From the human T2T-CHM13v2.0 reference genome, Homo sapiens: 64,000 bases of DNA. Positions 1 through 16,058 of this stretch are shown piece by piece. Under the pieces are notes generated by a model, which was not told where the DNA came from, made no database searches, and saw only the letters and a list, made by a program, of their open reading frames with translations. The translations under genes and the position numbers were made by a program. The first letter of the stretch is position 1, and every line of letters starts with the position of its first letter. The stretch lies in assembly GCF_009914755.1 (NCBI RefSeq), contig NC_060933.1. The stretch is one strand, 5' to 3'.

Positions 1-2739
1 GAACAGACCACTAACAAGCAGCGAGATTGAAATGCTAATTAAAAAATTACCAACAAGAGAAAGTCCAGGACCAGACGGATTCACAGATGAATTCTACTAG
101 ACATTCAAAGAAGAATTGGTGCCAATCCTTTTGACACTATTCCACAAGATAGAGAAACAGGAAGGAACCCTCCTTAATTCATTCTATGAAGCCAACATGA
201 CCCTAATACCAAAACCAGGAAAGGACATAACCAAAAAAGAAAACTACAGACTGATATCCTTGATGAACACAGATGCTAAAATCCTTAACAAAATACTAGC
301 TAACCAAATCCAACAACATATCACAAAGAGAATCCACTATGATCAAGTGGGTTCCATACCAGGGATGAAGGGATGGTTTAACATACGCAAGTCAATAAAT
401 GTGATACACCACATAAACAGAATTTAAAACAAAAATCACATGATCATCTCAGTAGATGCAGAAAAAGAGTTTGACAAAATCCAGCATCACTTTATGATTA
501 AAACTCTCAGCAAAATCAGCATACAAGGGACATACCTTAATGTAATAAAAGCTATCTATGACAAACCCACAGCCAACATAATACTGAATGGGGAAAAGTT
601 GCAAGCATTCCCTCTGAGAACTGGAACAAGACAAGGATGCCCACTCTCAACACTCCTCTTCAACATAGTATTGAAAGTCCTAGCCAGAGCAATAAGACAA
701 GAGAAAGAAATAAAGAGCATCCAAATCAGTAAAGAGGAAGTCAAACTGTCACTGTTTGCTGACTATAAGATCATTTACCTTGAAAACCCTAAGGGCTCCT
801 CCAGAAAGCTCCTAGAACTGATAAAAGAATTCAGCAAAGTTTCCAGATACAAGATTAATGTACGAAAATCAGTAGCTCTTCTGCACACCAACAGCAACCA
901 AGTGGAGAATCAAATCAAGAACTCAACCCCTTTTACGATAGCTGCAAAAAAAATACTTAAGAATATACCTAACAAAGGAGTCGAAAGACCTCTACAAGGA
1001 CAACTATAAAACACTGCTGAAATAAATCATAGACAACACAAACAAATGTTAACACAACACAAACAAATGTTAACACAACCCATGCTCATGGATGGGTAGA
1101 CTCAGTATTGTGAAAATGACCATACTGCCAAAAGCAATCTACAAATTCAACGCAATCCCCATCAAAATACCACCATCATTCTTCACAGAATTAGAAAAAA
1201 CAATTCTAAAATTCATATGGAACCAAAAATGAGCCCATAACCCACATAGCCAAAGCAAGATAAAGTAAAAAGAACAAATCTGGAGGTATCACACTACTTT
1301 ATTTCAAACTATATTATAAGGCCATAGTTACCAAAACAGCATGGTACTGGTATAAAAATAGGCACATAGATCAATGGAACAGAATATAGAACCCAAAAAT
1401 AAACCCAAATGCTTACAGTCAATTGATCTTCAACAAAGCAAACAAAAAACATAAAGTGGGGAAAGGATAACCTTTTCAACAAATAGTGCTGGGATAATTG
1501 GCTAGCCACCTGTAGGAGAATGAAACTGGATCCTCATCTCTCACCTTATACAAAAATCAACTAAAGATGGATTAATGACTTAAACCTAAGATGTGAAACT
1601 ATAAAAATTCTAGAAGATAACATTGGAAAACCCCTTCTAGACTTTGGCTTAGGCAAGGATTTCATGACCCAAAAGTAAATGCAATAAAAACAAAGATAAA
1701 TAGCTGGGACCTAATTAAACTAAAGAGCTTTTGCATGGCAAAAGGAACAGTCAGCAGAGTAAACAGACAACCCACAGAGTAGGAGAAGATCTTAACAATC
1801 TATACATCTGACAAAGGACTAATATCCAGAGTCTACAACGAACTCTAACAAATCAGTAAGAAAAAAACAAACAATCACATCAAAAAATGGGCCAAGGACA
1901 TGAACAGACAATTTTCAAAAGAAGATAGACAAATGGCCAACAAACAAATGAAAAAATGTTCAACATCACACACTAATGATCAGGGAAATGCAAATCAAAA
2001 CCACCATGCAATACTCCTGCAAGAATGGCCATAATCAAAAAACCAAAAAACAGTAGATGTTGGCATGGATACAGTGAAAAGGAAACATTTCTACACTGCT
2101 GTTGGGAATGTAAACTAGTACAGCCACTATGGAAAAGAGTGTAGAGATTCTTTAAAGAACTAAAAGTAAAACTACTATTTGATCCAGCAATCCCATTACT
2201 AGGTATCCACCCAGAGGAAAAGAAGTCATTATTTGAAAAAGATACTTGCACAAGCATGTTTATTGCAGCACAATTAACAATTGCAAAATTGTGGAACCAA
2301 CCCAAATGCCAATGAGTGGATCAAGAAACTGTGGTGTATATATATATGTGTGTGTGTGATGGAATACTACGCAGCCATAAAAAGGAGTGAATTAACAGCA
2401 TATGCAGTGACCTGGCTGAGATTGGAGACTATTATTCTAAGTGAAGTAACTCAGAAATGAAAAACCAAACATCACGTGTTCTCACTGATATGTGGGAGCT
2501 AAGCTATGAGGATGCAAAGGCATAAGAATGACACAGTGGACTTTGGGGACTCGGGGGGAAGAGTGTGAGGAAGGCAAGGGATTAAAAGACTACAAATATG
2601 GTGCAGTGTATACTGCTCAGTTGATATGTGCACCAAAATCTCACAAATCACCACTAAAGAACTTACTCATGAAACTAAATACCACCTGTACTCCAATAAC
2701 TTATGGAAAAATAAAAATAATAGTAATAATAATAATAAA
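1..2739 (+). mobile_element. LINE-1 3' portion (decayed ORF2 RT/C-terminal region plus 3' UTR), L1PB-like; truncated by window edge
   Basis: ORFs 116-427 and 440-1009 translate to L1 ORF2 RT motifs ([34 protein letters not shown]). The 3' UTR is L1PB-type (caccaaaatctcacaaatcaccactaaagaactt) and ends in an A-rich tail at ~2706-2739. Confidence 0.9.
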
Positions 2740-2866
2740 ATTTTGTGTAGAGAGGGGTCTTGCTGTTTCGCTCAGGCTGGTCATTGCTTGAACTACTGGC
2801 TTCAAGCAATCTTCTCACCCTTCCCAAATGGCTGGGATTACAGGTGTGAGCCACCACACTTAGCCC
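2740..2866 (-). mobile_element. Alu monomer (FLAM-like), diverged
   Basis: Antisense Alu left-arm motifs: gtagagaggggtcttgc ... gctgggattacaggtgtgagccaccac. Confidence 0.75.
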
Positions 2867-2867
2867 T

Positions 2868-3265
2868 GGATATGGTTTGTTTGGCCCTGTCAAGTCTCAG
2901 GTTGAAATCTGATCTCCAGTGTTGGAGGTGGGGCCTGGTGAGAGGTGTCTGGATCATGGGGATGGATCCTTCATGAATGGTATGGTGCCATTCTCAAAGG
3001 AGGGAGTCAGTTCTCCCCCTTAGTTCCCGAGAGAACTGGTTGTTGAAAAGAGCCTGGCACTTCTCTTGCCATGTGATGCTAGCTCCTCCCTCACCTTCCA
3101 TCAGGAATGGAGGCAACATGAGGCCCTCAACAGAAGCCAAGCAGATGGATGCTGACACCATGCTTCTTGTACAGCCTGCAGAACTATGAGCCAAATAAAT
3201 CTCTTTTCTTTATAAATTGCCCAGCCTCACGTATTCCCGTATAGCAACACAAACAGACTAAGGCA
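2868..3265 (+). mobile_element. MaLR solo LTR (MST family)
   Basis: Starts gatatggtttg; contains ggaggtggggcctggtgagaggtg and cagaactatgagccaaataaatctcttttctttataaatt; ends acagactaaggca. Confidence 0.8.
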
Positions 3266-3539
3266 GGATTGTATCTTAAAATTAATGTACAATATAGATT
3301 TTTCCTCCTAGAAACCTCTTATTAAAACAAAGATATGTCTTACAACTGATTGTGCCTCAGAATCAAGGAAATAAAATAGTTATTATGCTATAGAAGGCAT
3401 GACAGTTTTAAGACAAAAATAGCTAAGCTCCTAGGGAGTAGAGTACAGGCTGTAGTTTACTGCATTGCAGCAAATTCACCTCAATGGCCATAACCTTTAA
3501 AAAGATTGTAACTTTTCCATTAATAGCCTGATCGCCACC

Positions 3540-3828
3540 AGACTCGTGTATGTACAATCACAGCACTTTGGAGGCCAAGGCAGGAGGATTGCTTGAGCTC
3601 AGGAATTCAAAACCAGCCTGGGCAACATGGTAAAACTCCGTCTCTACTAAAAAAAATTTTTAATTAGCCAGATGTGGTGGCACTTGCCTATAGTCCTGGC
3701 TACTTGGAAGGCTGAGGGCTGAGGTGGGAGGATCACTTGAGCTTAGGAGCCTGCACCACAGCACTCCAGCCTTGGTGATGGAGCAAGATCCTGTCTCAAA
3801 AATATAATAAAATAAAATAAAAATGTAA
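3540..3828 (+). mobile_element. AluJ-like element
   Basis: cagcactttggaggccaaggcaggaggattgcttgag ..., dimeric, with an A-rich tail. Confidence 0.85.
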
Positions 3829-4301
3829 AATAACCTGATTGTCCTCAGGCTTCTACAGCCTGTAGATACAAATGAATCTAATTACTCTGGCCCCCACATT
3901 TTGTTAGTTCCAACCCCTCAGTGCCAAGCTTCAGGACTTCAAGACTCCCTTCTCTGAATATCCCCAGTTACTTCTGGGAGTCCTCTATGCTCAGGACTAG
4001 CTCTTCCATGTGCTTCTGCTCTGTCCTTTCTGTAGATGTCCATTCTGTGTCCCGCCACTTGACAGAAGTATCTCCTGCTGCCACTCTTAACCCTGCACCC
4101 TGAGAACCCTACCTTCCCAGGAGAGAAAAAATATATATGCCCGATCCAGGAGATATATCTCCTGGTACTCAAAATTTGTACATCTTTCAAATAAATGTCT
4201 TGCCAAATTTTCCTGCTTAGTTAAGGGTCATACATACAGAAACCTACCACTGGCTCCTTCAAGTAATCTGGATCCCCTACAGACTTTTTAGCAACATAGT
4301 T

Positions 4302-4691
4302 ACCTTAGTTTTATGCTACTATAACAGAACATCACAGACTGAATAATTTATAAACAATAGAAATTTATTTCTCATGATTCTGGAGGCTGGAAAGTCCAAT
4401 ATCAAGCCACCAGCATCTGGTGAGGGCCTTCTTGCTGCATCATCCCATGGAAGAAGGTAAAAGAGCAAAAGAACATGAGAGAACAGAGAGAGAGAGTCAA
4501 ACTCATCCATTTATCAGCAACCCACTCCCAGAATAATTAACCTATTCCAGTGATAACTGCATTCATTCATTCATGAGGGCAGAGCTCTCATGACCTAACC
4601 ATCTCTTAAAGATCCCATCTCTAAACACTGTTGCACTGAGGATTAACTTTCCAACACATAGGTTTTAGGGGACACTTTCAAACCATAGCAA
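4302..4691 (-). mobile_element. MaLR solo LTR (MST/MLT1-like)
   Basis: aatttatttctcatgattctggaggctggaaagtcc ... ggggacactttcaaaccatagca, antisense MaLR LTR termini. Confidence 0.75.
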
Positions 4692-6696
4692 CAATCTATG
4701 CTTTTGCTGTAACTGCATGTAATTCAAGGAGAGTGTTGGTTGGGCTGAAGTGGGTGAAGGAGAGTGAGAAGCAAGTGGCAGTCTTATCCTTTTTCCATCC
4801 CCTACTCCATTTTAAGGCATCCCCCAAATTTCTAGATCATCACTAGAGAAACATACCTAGATCCACCAGTGTTTCCGCAAGCACTCCAGTCTCTGGAAAA
4901 AAATACAGTGTTTACAGATTCCTTGCTACTCTACATAGGTCTTTATATACAAAGCTTTTATGTTTCAACAAGAAGAACCCTCATTTTTTAATCTAGGGAA
5001 GTTCCTACATCATTTGATCATTTTTCTTTCCCTTCTTTCCATCCCTCATTCTCCTTATGATTCCTCTTCTACCTCTAAGACCTGAGGAAAAAAAAAAAAA
5101 AACTTCCTCCTTGAAAGCCCCTTCCTCCCTTACGTATTAACCCATGTAAATGGGCATGACAGAGGAGGGGAATACAGTTCTTCAGACACAACTGGACTCT
5201 GAATCTTAATTTGATTCCCCCAGTACCCCTACCACCATTATATACCACCAAAGAGGGTGAATAACAGCAATAAGCTCTAATGTTGATTTAATACACCGAT
5301 AGTATATTTTGATGTCAGACAGGAAAATCCTAACCTATAGTACACCTAAGTATTTTTAAGCTAATTAGTCCAAATAGGAGAGCTGCTGAAAGAAAATATC
5401 ATCCTCATCCTAAATGAAGATCAACTTAACCACTGAAATATGAAGACTGATAGCAGTAATGCTTGCTGTTGTAAACTGCAGTCAATATTCCTGTTCATGC
5501 TGGAGAATATGGAGAGGTGACTACATATATTATTGATGGAGCTGGGCTATGATGTGAGATAGTAGTGAAAATAACTTGCAAATTGAAATCAAATATAATA
5601 TTCTGGCTTTCCACAAGAAAAGCCCAACTACCAATTTTCTCTTACTCTTAAAACATTCTGACTGGAGTAGGGTTTCAGCTATGTGCCTTATTTTCAGGCT
5701 TAATTAGATATTTAAGTATTTTTCCTTGCATTCAGCTAGAATTATAGTAGTTGAACACCAGAAAAAAAACTGTTTAAATATTAGAAATAAAGCCTTAGAG
5801 AACTCACTAGGTTAAATCTAGCAGTGCAAATGACCAGACTGCAAGGTGAGTTGTCAGTTCTTTAGAAGCAATCTGAATCATCAATGTAATCAGAAAGCTC
5901 TATATTGATCATTTATAACAAAATAAGTCAAATGGTTAAAACTGCCGGCACTGATACAAGTTCCTAATCATTTCCAAACTTGAGTATCACTCACTACGAT
6001 CTAACTTCTTCTATTCCCAAATAACCCAGACCTGCTGGAGGATATGGCTTTGTTTTCATATTCAAGCTTTAGGAATTTATTTATAGAACATAATATATAC
6101 AGGCTTCTACATATAAAGAGAAAAAATCATTTTATTATACCACTTACCTTTACTTTACAAAAGATCAGTGTAATCCATCACCCTTACTAGAGACATAACT
6201 CAGTTCTTTCTTTATCAAAAATGGGTCAGTGGTGTCCTCCTTGGAAACAAAGGATATCAAACCACTGTAGGATTACAAATAATCTCAAGCTTTTTCTTTA
6301 TAGTTCCTGAATCAAATACTTTGGCTATTTTTAGTATTTAAATAAATAGCATCAAAAAGCTTTCAGTTTTATATGAAAAGTTTTATGAGCCTTTCTGTGT
6401 AATATAGAGGATTCCATTGTCTCATCTAGAGATGTGAAATTTTACAATTATGGGGTGAGTGTTTGGTATTTTACACCTTAAAAGGATAGCTTATACAAAC
6501 AATTGGTTACTATCACTATAAATTAAATAAAATTTCATTTGATAGATCTATGTTTTCAAAACATAAATATTGTTTCGTATGTGCTTATGCATAAGCCTAA
6601 TAAAATGGATTGTTCCATTGTATTACTTCTTTAGCCAGGTTTACTCAGGAGATCAGAACACTGCCAATAAGGAGCATCCTTTCCAGAGGCTATTGT

Positions 6697-8040
<1,344 letters not shown>

Positions 8041-9289
8041 CAGGGTATGTCTTGATGTGGGATCTGGCAACTAAGTGTCTGAAAAGCTCAGTTTTGCTAT
8101 GAGAAAAAAAACCATTCTCTGTCAAAAGGAATCAAGGCTTAATAAAAGATTTCATAGTATACACTGAAGGATGAGGAAGCTTATAAAGAAAATAGGCATC
8201 AAGGTTGGTGGTTGAAATAATACAGAGAAGTAAAATCAAGTGCAAGTTCAGATTTGGTGATTTGGAGTCTCAACTTTGAAGAGACAATGTGTGTTCTATA
8301 TTATGTAGCATAATTCAGGGATTTCTTTACCCTTTAGTCTCAGGTTTGAAAGAGGAGTTCTGATTCAGAGTCTGGGAGTGTTCCTGAAACCACTAGTGTT
8401 TCTACAGGCAATAGAGGAAAAGTCTACCCTCTGGAACAAATTGGTTTTTAGGGAGTCCTTGCTGCCCTTTTCAGGCCTTTAAACACATAGCCAAATCCTC
8501 CATCAGCCTTCATGTTTACAAGAACAATTCTCACTTTTTAACTTAGGGAAACACACCACTCAGGACAAGGCAATAATAAACACTACTAAATTATGTGAAA
8601 GGGTTATAGAACATAAACTCAAAGGAGGGCTGAAGTTGGTTTGAATGCACAGCTGGATGCTTCATTGTAGCCACATAGGCATGAGTAGGGCAAACTGCTG
8701 AAATTTGCTGAGGATCAAATTATGTTCCACAAGATCATGCTCGCAAGAATTACAAGAATATCCAACAAAATCACTAGAGTCTAAGACTTGCTCAAGAATA
8801 TTCTCTGAGAATAGGCAGCCATAGAATGAGCTAAGTGAAGCTCGACCACAAGACCTCACTGGATTAACGTCCTGATTTTTCCATTGCATAAGTTTACTCT
8901 CGGCAGAATTACGGTTGGGGGGAGGTTGGGGTGGCAGGTTGGCAGGGGAGAGTGGATCCACACTCTGATAGATCCTATTTAACTAGTTTTACTTTACTGT
9001 GCAGACTACCTCCCACAACAGGTAACCTTGAATGTAGGCAGACATGCTTCCAGAAATGTGAGTGGAGGTAGGGCGGAATAAAGAAAATGCAACTGCAAAA
9101 CTGAAAATTCATACTAGCACAATGATGTTTAAATGATTTTCAAGTGTTGGAGCTGGTGTGGTGGAAAACAGTTGCCTGACGCTTTGGTTTGAAGGCCAGG
9201 GCTTGTCATTTACCATGTCAGGAGAAATTCCTCTCTTTTCGACAATAATCTCTGCACTGCCTACCTCAGGAGGTCCTCGCAATGCCAAA

Positions 9290-9470
9290 ATGCCGCCAGT
9301 GTGGGTTGCGCCTCAGCTGAGCACTGATTCTACAGCCTCGCGGTTTGGGCGGGAAGTCCCACCTCCGCAACCCTGACCAGCCCGGCTCCCCACCCCCACC
9401 ACCCGGAAGTGAACACCACGAGCTAGCGTGTCTACTTCACAGGCCAGGTCGTCAACTCAACTGTCAAGGT
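9290..9470 (+). promoter_or_regulatory. Putative TPD52L3 proximal promoter
   Basis: Local CpG enrichment in an AT-rich background; GC box gggcgg 9347-9352; ETS/GABP site ccggaagtg 9403-9411; MYB-like caactgtca 9458-9466; lies directly upstream of the ORF. Confidence 0.6.
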
Positions 9471-9491
9471 GTCCATTGTACCAGCTGGGCC

Positions 9492-10230
<739 letters not shown>

Positions 10231-11245
10231 GCCCCCTTGGTAACCTTGCCTGGTACTAAACCAGTGCAAGGACCCCCTTCCCTTATTACATTTGCAACTC
10301 TGCCCAACAAAAACAAGCAAGCAAACCACAATGGTAAAGTGGTTAATTCAGGAAATTGACAGAATCCAGTTTTGAGAAAAGAACACAGATATTTGCTGCT
10401 TTTAAGATAGAGAACCCAAAGTTTTGTACCTGGTTATTTTTCACTTAAGTTTGTAGACGAAATGTGCCATTATATTAGCTTTCCTGAGACTGTATCTAAT
10501 GGGCAAGTCAGTGGCTCCAGAGGGGTCTTAGGCCAAAGCCCAAACTCTCTTTTGGAAAACTAGCTTATTAGAAAGCCAAAGTAGAGTTCTGTTTAAGCTT
10601 GAAAGAGGTATGAAGTAATCTGTAGTGTTTTTTTGGTTTGTTTGTTTGTTTTCCCTTCCCCATTTCCTTCCTTCCCTCAGTCTCAAAGTCACCTTGAAAG
10701 CTTCACCTGGCCTACAACTTTTATTTTAAAAAGATGATCAAGAAAACTTCATCTTCTCTGAGACTCAGAAAAAGAGGGGAAAATAGTGGTAGTGCACTAA
10801 TTGTTACATTACTAATATAGCTTTTGTAAAACTCGTTTGTTTTCAAAGGTCTGGACTAAGCAAAACAACAGTGTCAGTTTAGGAAATTATTACTACTTTG
10901 AACACAAACTGAAATTGCAACTTTGCCTTGTGCTTTGTTTATAATTTCTTTATATATCAAAATGAGTGTTTTAAAGTTTAACCCTTGAAGCAGCATGTCT
11001 TTGCCATAGCAGCACTTCACTTAAAAGGAAGAAATTGCCTCTCTGGCAGCAATTCCTAGTTAGTTACCACCTCCAGCTGAGGGGCTGGAGGAAAACAGGT
11101 ATAGCCAAATTCAAGAAAGATAAACCCCTGTCTCAAGGAACATTTTAAAAAGAACGTCTGTCCCCTGTGATGCTGGCTGTTATGCCTTTGAATGGACCTA
11201 ACTATACATCTTTGCTCTTAACTCCAAGTCTGCCCTTCTTTTTAG

Positions 11246-11277
11246 GAAACCCTAAAGGAGAAGGAAGCAGAATATAA
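11246..11277 (+). CDS. TPD52L3: TPD52L3 alternative terminal coding exon (spliced from donor after 10026; C-terminus GNPKGEGSRI*, 132-aa isoform)
   Basis: Pyrimidine tract plus AG (tgcccttctttttag|g), branch-like cttaac upstream; in frame with GAA G|gtctga; matches recalled isoform ending. Confidence 0.75.
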
Positions 11278-11961
11278 CCCTCTGGAGAGCTCAAGACAGT
11301 AGGAACCTGGACGGTGCTTGTTTGAATTTTCTGATATCTGATTTTCACACGAATATACTTTTTGTTTGTTTTCCTTTTCCATTTTCAAAATGCCAAGATC
11401 TGGGAGCCTCTTTCACTCCTCTAGACACACTGCCTGAGATAGAAGTTTGCATCTTATTGGCTGTGGGCAGAGACTAGGACCCTTATGGGTACATTTCAGT
11501 AATCTCTCACTGCCTAAAATGGTAATCCCTCCAGCCTAAGAGGATGATTCTGTTTTGTTGACTCTTGAATGCTCCCCCAACATTCCTTTGGTTTTCCTAT
11601 AAGCAAAACCAAATACCACTATAAATACAAAAGCATCTGGTAAACTGTAAAGTTACTCATGTATCCCAACCCTCCACAGATTTCTGAAGACAAAGTTTTG
11701 CTTGGATTAAAACAAGATGTTTTACTATTTTGCATGTTCGATTTTTAATTTGTTGTGTTTATCAACCAAAATGGCTTTGTATGCTGGAGAACAAGAGGTG
11801 AGCCTGCAGCATACAAGAAATGAAAGTAGTCCAACAGGCAAAGGCTTTGACATATTTCAGGAAGGCTTGTGTTAGGGACAATCTCAGACTATTATCATGG
11901 GCCAAACCTGAGAGATGTTATATTTTATTTAATAATTTCTACAACAGTAGTAAGTTTCCCC

Positions 11962-11967
11962 AATAAA
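11962..11967 (+). terminator. Candidate proximal polyadenylation signal
   Basis: AATAAA followed ~35-60 nt later by T-rich sequence. Confidence 0.35.
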
Positions 11968-12039
11968 TTCTCAACTCCGTAAAAGTAGTAAAGTACATAT
12001 TTATTTTTGCTGATCATTGTTTTCCCATTTCTGGCTTAG

Positions 12040-12083
12040 GATTGATCTTCAATAAATACACGTTAAATCAAGGAAGGAATTAA
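12040..12083 (+). CDS. TPD52L3: TPD52L3 alternative terminal coding exon (C-terminus GLIFNKYTLNQGRN*, 136-aa isoform)
   Basis: Acceptor ttttcccatttctggcttag|g with branch-like ctgat upstream; in frame with the 10026 donor; matches recalled isoform ending. Confidence 0.75.
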
Positions 12084-12927
12084 CATCATATACTTCAGAC
12101 ATCAAATATGGAATCCAAGAGACTATCAACAACATGAACTTGTTCACAAGTTCCTTCTGCTTTTAAACAAAAATATCGTGTTTATTCAAAGCCAATCTGA
12201 GACCCTACTCTGTATCAAGAACTGTCCCAGGTTCTGAAAGCATAGAATTAGACATCGTATGTGCCCTCTAGAAACACTTAGACTTTCAAATCATTATAAT
12301 TCAATGAGTCCTAAAATAGAGCTGTGTGCCAGAGATAAAAGAAGTCCTGAGGAAGGGGTGTTCAACTCTGTCTTGGTAGGTCAGTAAAGACTTTAGAGAG
12401 ACAGAAAGTCTTAGAGGACTAGGAGAAGTTTGCCAGACAGACAAGAATAGAACATTCCAGACAACATGCAGAGGAACTGAGTCACAAAGGAATGTATAAG
12501 AATGGCATATTCTAGGAACTAACACTGTGGCTAGAGAGGAAGGGGAAATGGTGTTACATGAGTGAGGGAGGGGAAATGGTGTTACGTGAGTAAGAAAAAA
12601 TAAGCAGGGGGCAAAATCATAAGTAGTCTTACATACTACATTAGATATCAATATTTAAGCCTGTAGGAAATGGGAGGCATTGAAGCACTTAAGTAAAAAA
12701 GTAACTATCAAATTTTTGTTTTAGATTACTCTGGTCATCAGAGAAATAGATTAAGTATTTAAGAGGTAGAATCTCTCAGACTTAGGAACCAACTGCATGA
12801 GGCGGGGCTTGGGGGATAAATTTGCAAGATAATAAGGATGTAGAATTGAAAAGGCCTGATATTATTGAAGCTGGAGTTGCACATTCATTTTGCTTTGGCT
12901 TTTTTGTATCAGTGGTCATGGGCACCA

Positions 12928-12933
12928 AATAAA
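12928..12933 (+). terminator. Candidate distal polyadenylation signal of TPD52L3
   Basis: AATAAA followed by pyrimidine/T-rich downstream sequence, after the last coding exon. Confidence 0.4.
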
Positions 12934-13315
12934 ATGCTTCCATGAACATTTGGATTCTGGCTCTAAAGTTTCCTCGAGATTTCCTTTTTCCACCAGCTTC
13001 TACCCTTCCTATGCATTGGCTTTCTTCATCTTCTTCCCTGTCTACCCACAAAACTTGATCATCTCCACTCATCTAGGCCTATTTGGATTTTGTAGCCTAG
13101 CTTAAGTCTATTTAACTTGGCCAATTCAGGATGCTATTTTCAATAGTTCGTAGAATATGTGGATACCCAAAGATTCACATCCTTAGGTTTCGCTCAGTAC
13201 CTGAGAACTACTAGATGGGAATGATACTGAAACAAAATTTCCTGAGGCTCTCAGTTTTCTGGGACTTTAATTGTCCATGTGAGTGAAGGGATTAGGATAG
13301 AAAATCGAGACAAGA

Positions 13316-13630
13316 TGACATGGCCTTGATGTTTATGTCTTCCCACCCCAAATTTGTAGGTCGAAATCCTAACCACAGGGTGATGGTATTGGGAGATGGG
13401 GCCTTTCAGGAAGTGATCAGCCCTCATAAGTGGCTTATCAACAAGCCGAAGGGAGCTTGTTTGCCCTTTTCACCATGGGAGGACACAGTGAGAAGGCACC
13501 ATTCATAACCCAGGAAATAGGCCTTCACCAAACACTGAATCTGCAGATATCTTGATCCACCTCCAGAACAATAAGAGATAAATTTCTGTTAAGATACCCA
13601 GTTTATAGCAGCCCAGATGACTAAGATACA
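13316..13630 (+). mobile_element. MLT1-type MaLR solo LTR
   Basis: cccaaatttgtaggtcgaaatcctaacc ... gaggacacagtgagaaggc ... atagcagcccagatgactaagataca. Confidence 0.8.
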
Positions 13631-16058
13631 AGAATTGAAAGTTATACTTCCCACAGATAACACTTTCCATGCTGCTGGCAAGGATGATGATAGAATACCA
13701 AGCCCTATGTTCATTAGTATCATACATGCCCCAGAAAAATACTAGCATCACTCCCAAAGAAATTCGCCAGCATTTTCTAGAGGCTCCTCTGCTTTCTGAT
13801 CCATCAAAATGCCAAGTTTCAGATTTGAAAGAACGTACTTTTATTACATGCTCTACTCTCAAGGCTTGTGTGGACTAAAGAGAGGTGATTAGCAACCACT
13901 GACCCAGAACTGTGCAGGTTTCCTGATAGTGCCAGGCAATGTGCTTGATGGCTCCACCTATCAAGGGGACAATGATGGCACAGGTTGATTCCGCTAAGGA
14001 TTTGCATCTGGGCACAGAATTTCACTTTCTTGCCTGCGGACTGTAATGTAAGGAAAAAGGATGAGCATCACTCTACTGAAACAACTGTGGAGAGAGGATT
14101 TCATAAAGATGATAGAGTGGGAGGCACAAGAAATCTGTCTCTCTACTTAGATAACAATTGAGCTGGTGAATCAATGTGATGTAACAATTTTGGAACACTA
14201 GAATGTACTGAAGGCTTGCAACTTCCAGGGGAAGGCTTGAACAATAAATTGTAGTTAATTTCAGTACTCTGAACACAGTACCATCTACACATCCCCAGTC
14301 CCAGCCTTGTAACTGGCAAATGTGCATATGTTTCTGGAACAACCTGTACATAGCTTGTGAGAGCCAGGGTTGGCAAAAAGGACCATGTCTTCTAGATACT
14401 AGAGATCTGTGCTCTGATCGATCATTGATTGCTGCTTCTGCTCACAGAGATGCAGACAAAGAGGTGGGCAGCCATTGTTGTTGTACCTATCCCCACTGTG
14501 GCAAGCCCCTCCCCACTAGCTGAAGTGACTTCTAAGGGACTTAAAGGGCCAGTGCTCTTTTTTCTCCTCTTCATTTTTCTCTTTTTCCTCTTTTGGGAGC
14601 CAGACATTCAAAAACAACTGCATATATGGAAAAAATTAGAAAGTGATTATGCATGCCCAGGGAAAAACTCAGAAAATACCTGAGAAGACCTTAAATTTAT
14701 ATTTCAGGTTAATCCTTGGAACAGAGATAGCCTACAAGAATAAAAAATAATAATAATAAAAACAATAACAAAAAACATTAAATTCTGGGAAATGGGGGGA
14801 ATCTAATTACCAGAGTTACCATGTTACTAGATTTGAATGTCCAGTTTTCAAAAAAAAATCAGAAGGCATACAAAGAACAGGAAAGTATGGCACATTCAAA
14901 GAATAAAAATAAACCACTTGTTCTGAAAAAGAACACATGGCAGATATAGTAGACAAATACCTTAAAACTATCTTAAAGATGCTCATAGAACTAAAGGGAG
15001 ATGTGGAGAAAAGAAAATTATGCATGAACAAAATGGAAATATAAATAAAGATATAGAAAACTAAGGGGAGAAAAAGAAATTCTGGAGTTAAGAAGAACAA
15101 TAACTGAAATGAAAAATTCACTGGAGGGATTCAAAAGCAGATTTGAGCAGACAAAAGAAAGAACTAGTGAATCTGAGAAAAGAAAATGAAAATTATTGAG
15201 TCTAAAGAACAGAAGGAAAAAAACATTGAAGAAAAGTAAATAGAGCCTAAGGGACTTACAGGACACCATCAAGTGGATGAACAAAACAATGTGAGAATTC
15301 CAGAAGGAAAAGAGAGAGACAGAGAGAAATGAGCAGAGAGTATATTTAAATAAGTAATGTTAGAAAACTTTACAAATTTGAGGAAAGATGTAAATATACA
15401 CATCTAAAAAGCTTAACAAACTCCAAGAAAAATGCACTGACAGAGACTCACACAAAAACACATTATAATCAAACTTTGAAAGACAAAGACAAAGAAAGAA
15501 TCTTGAAATCAGAAAGAGAAAAGCAATTCATCACACACAAGAAATACTCAATGAGATAATCAGCAGATTTTTCAACAAAAACTGTGAGGCCAGAAGGCAG
15601 TGGATCAATATATTCAAAGTGCTAAAAGTACAAAAAGCAAAACTGTTATCCAAGAATCCTATATTTGGCAAAATTGTCCTTTAAAAGTGAGGGAGAAATT
15701 AAGACATTTCCAGATAAACAAAAGCTGAGTTAGCTCATTACCACTAGACCTGTGGCTGTAACTCATAGCCACACAAAGAAATAAAGATGTTAATAAAGGT
15801 AAATACAGAGGCAAGTATAAAAGCTAGTGTTACTGGAACAATGGTTTGTAACTCCACTTTTTGTTTTCTATACAATTTAAGAGATTAATACATTTAAAAA
15901 CATATTAATCTAAAAGTTAGCATTATTGTAACTTTGCTTTGTAACTCCATATTTTATTTTCTACAAAATTTGAGAGAATACTCCTTGAGAAGAGCAACTC
16001 CAAGACACATAATTGTCAGATTCACCAAAGTTCAAATGAAAATTTACATTTAAAGAAA

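Noticed and set aside
1033-1074. Short tandem duplications (21 bp here; 28 bp at ~12536-12590; 24 bp at 53615-53662; 12 bp at ~60499-60522)
   Set aside because: Ordinary slippage events, mostly within dead repeats, with no sign of function.
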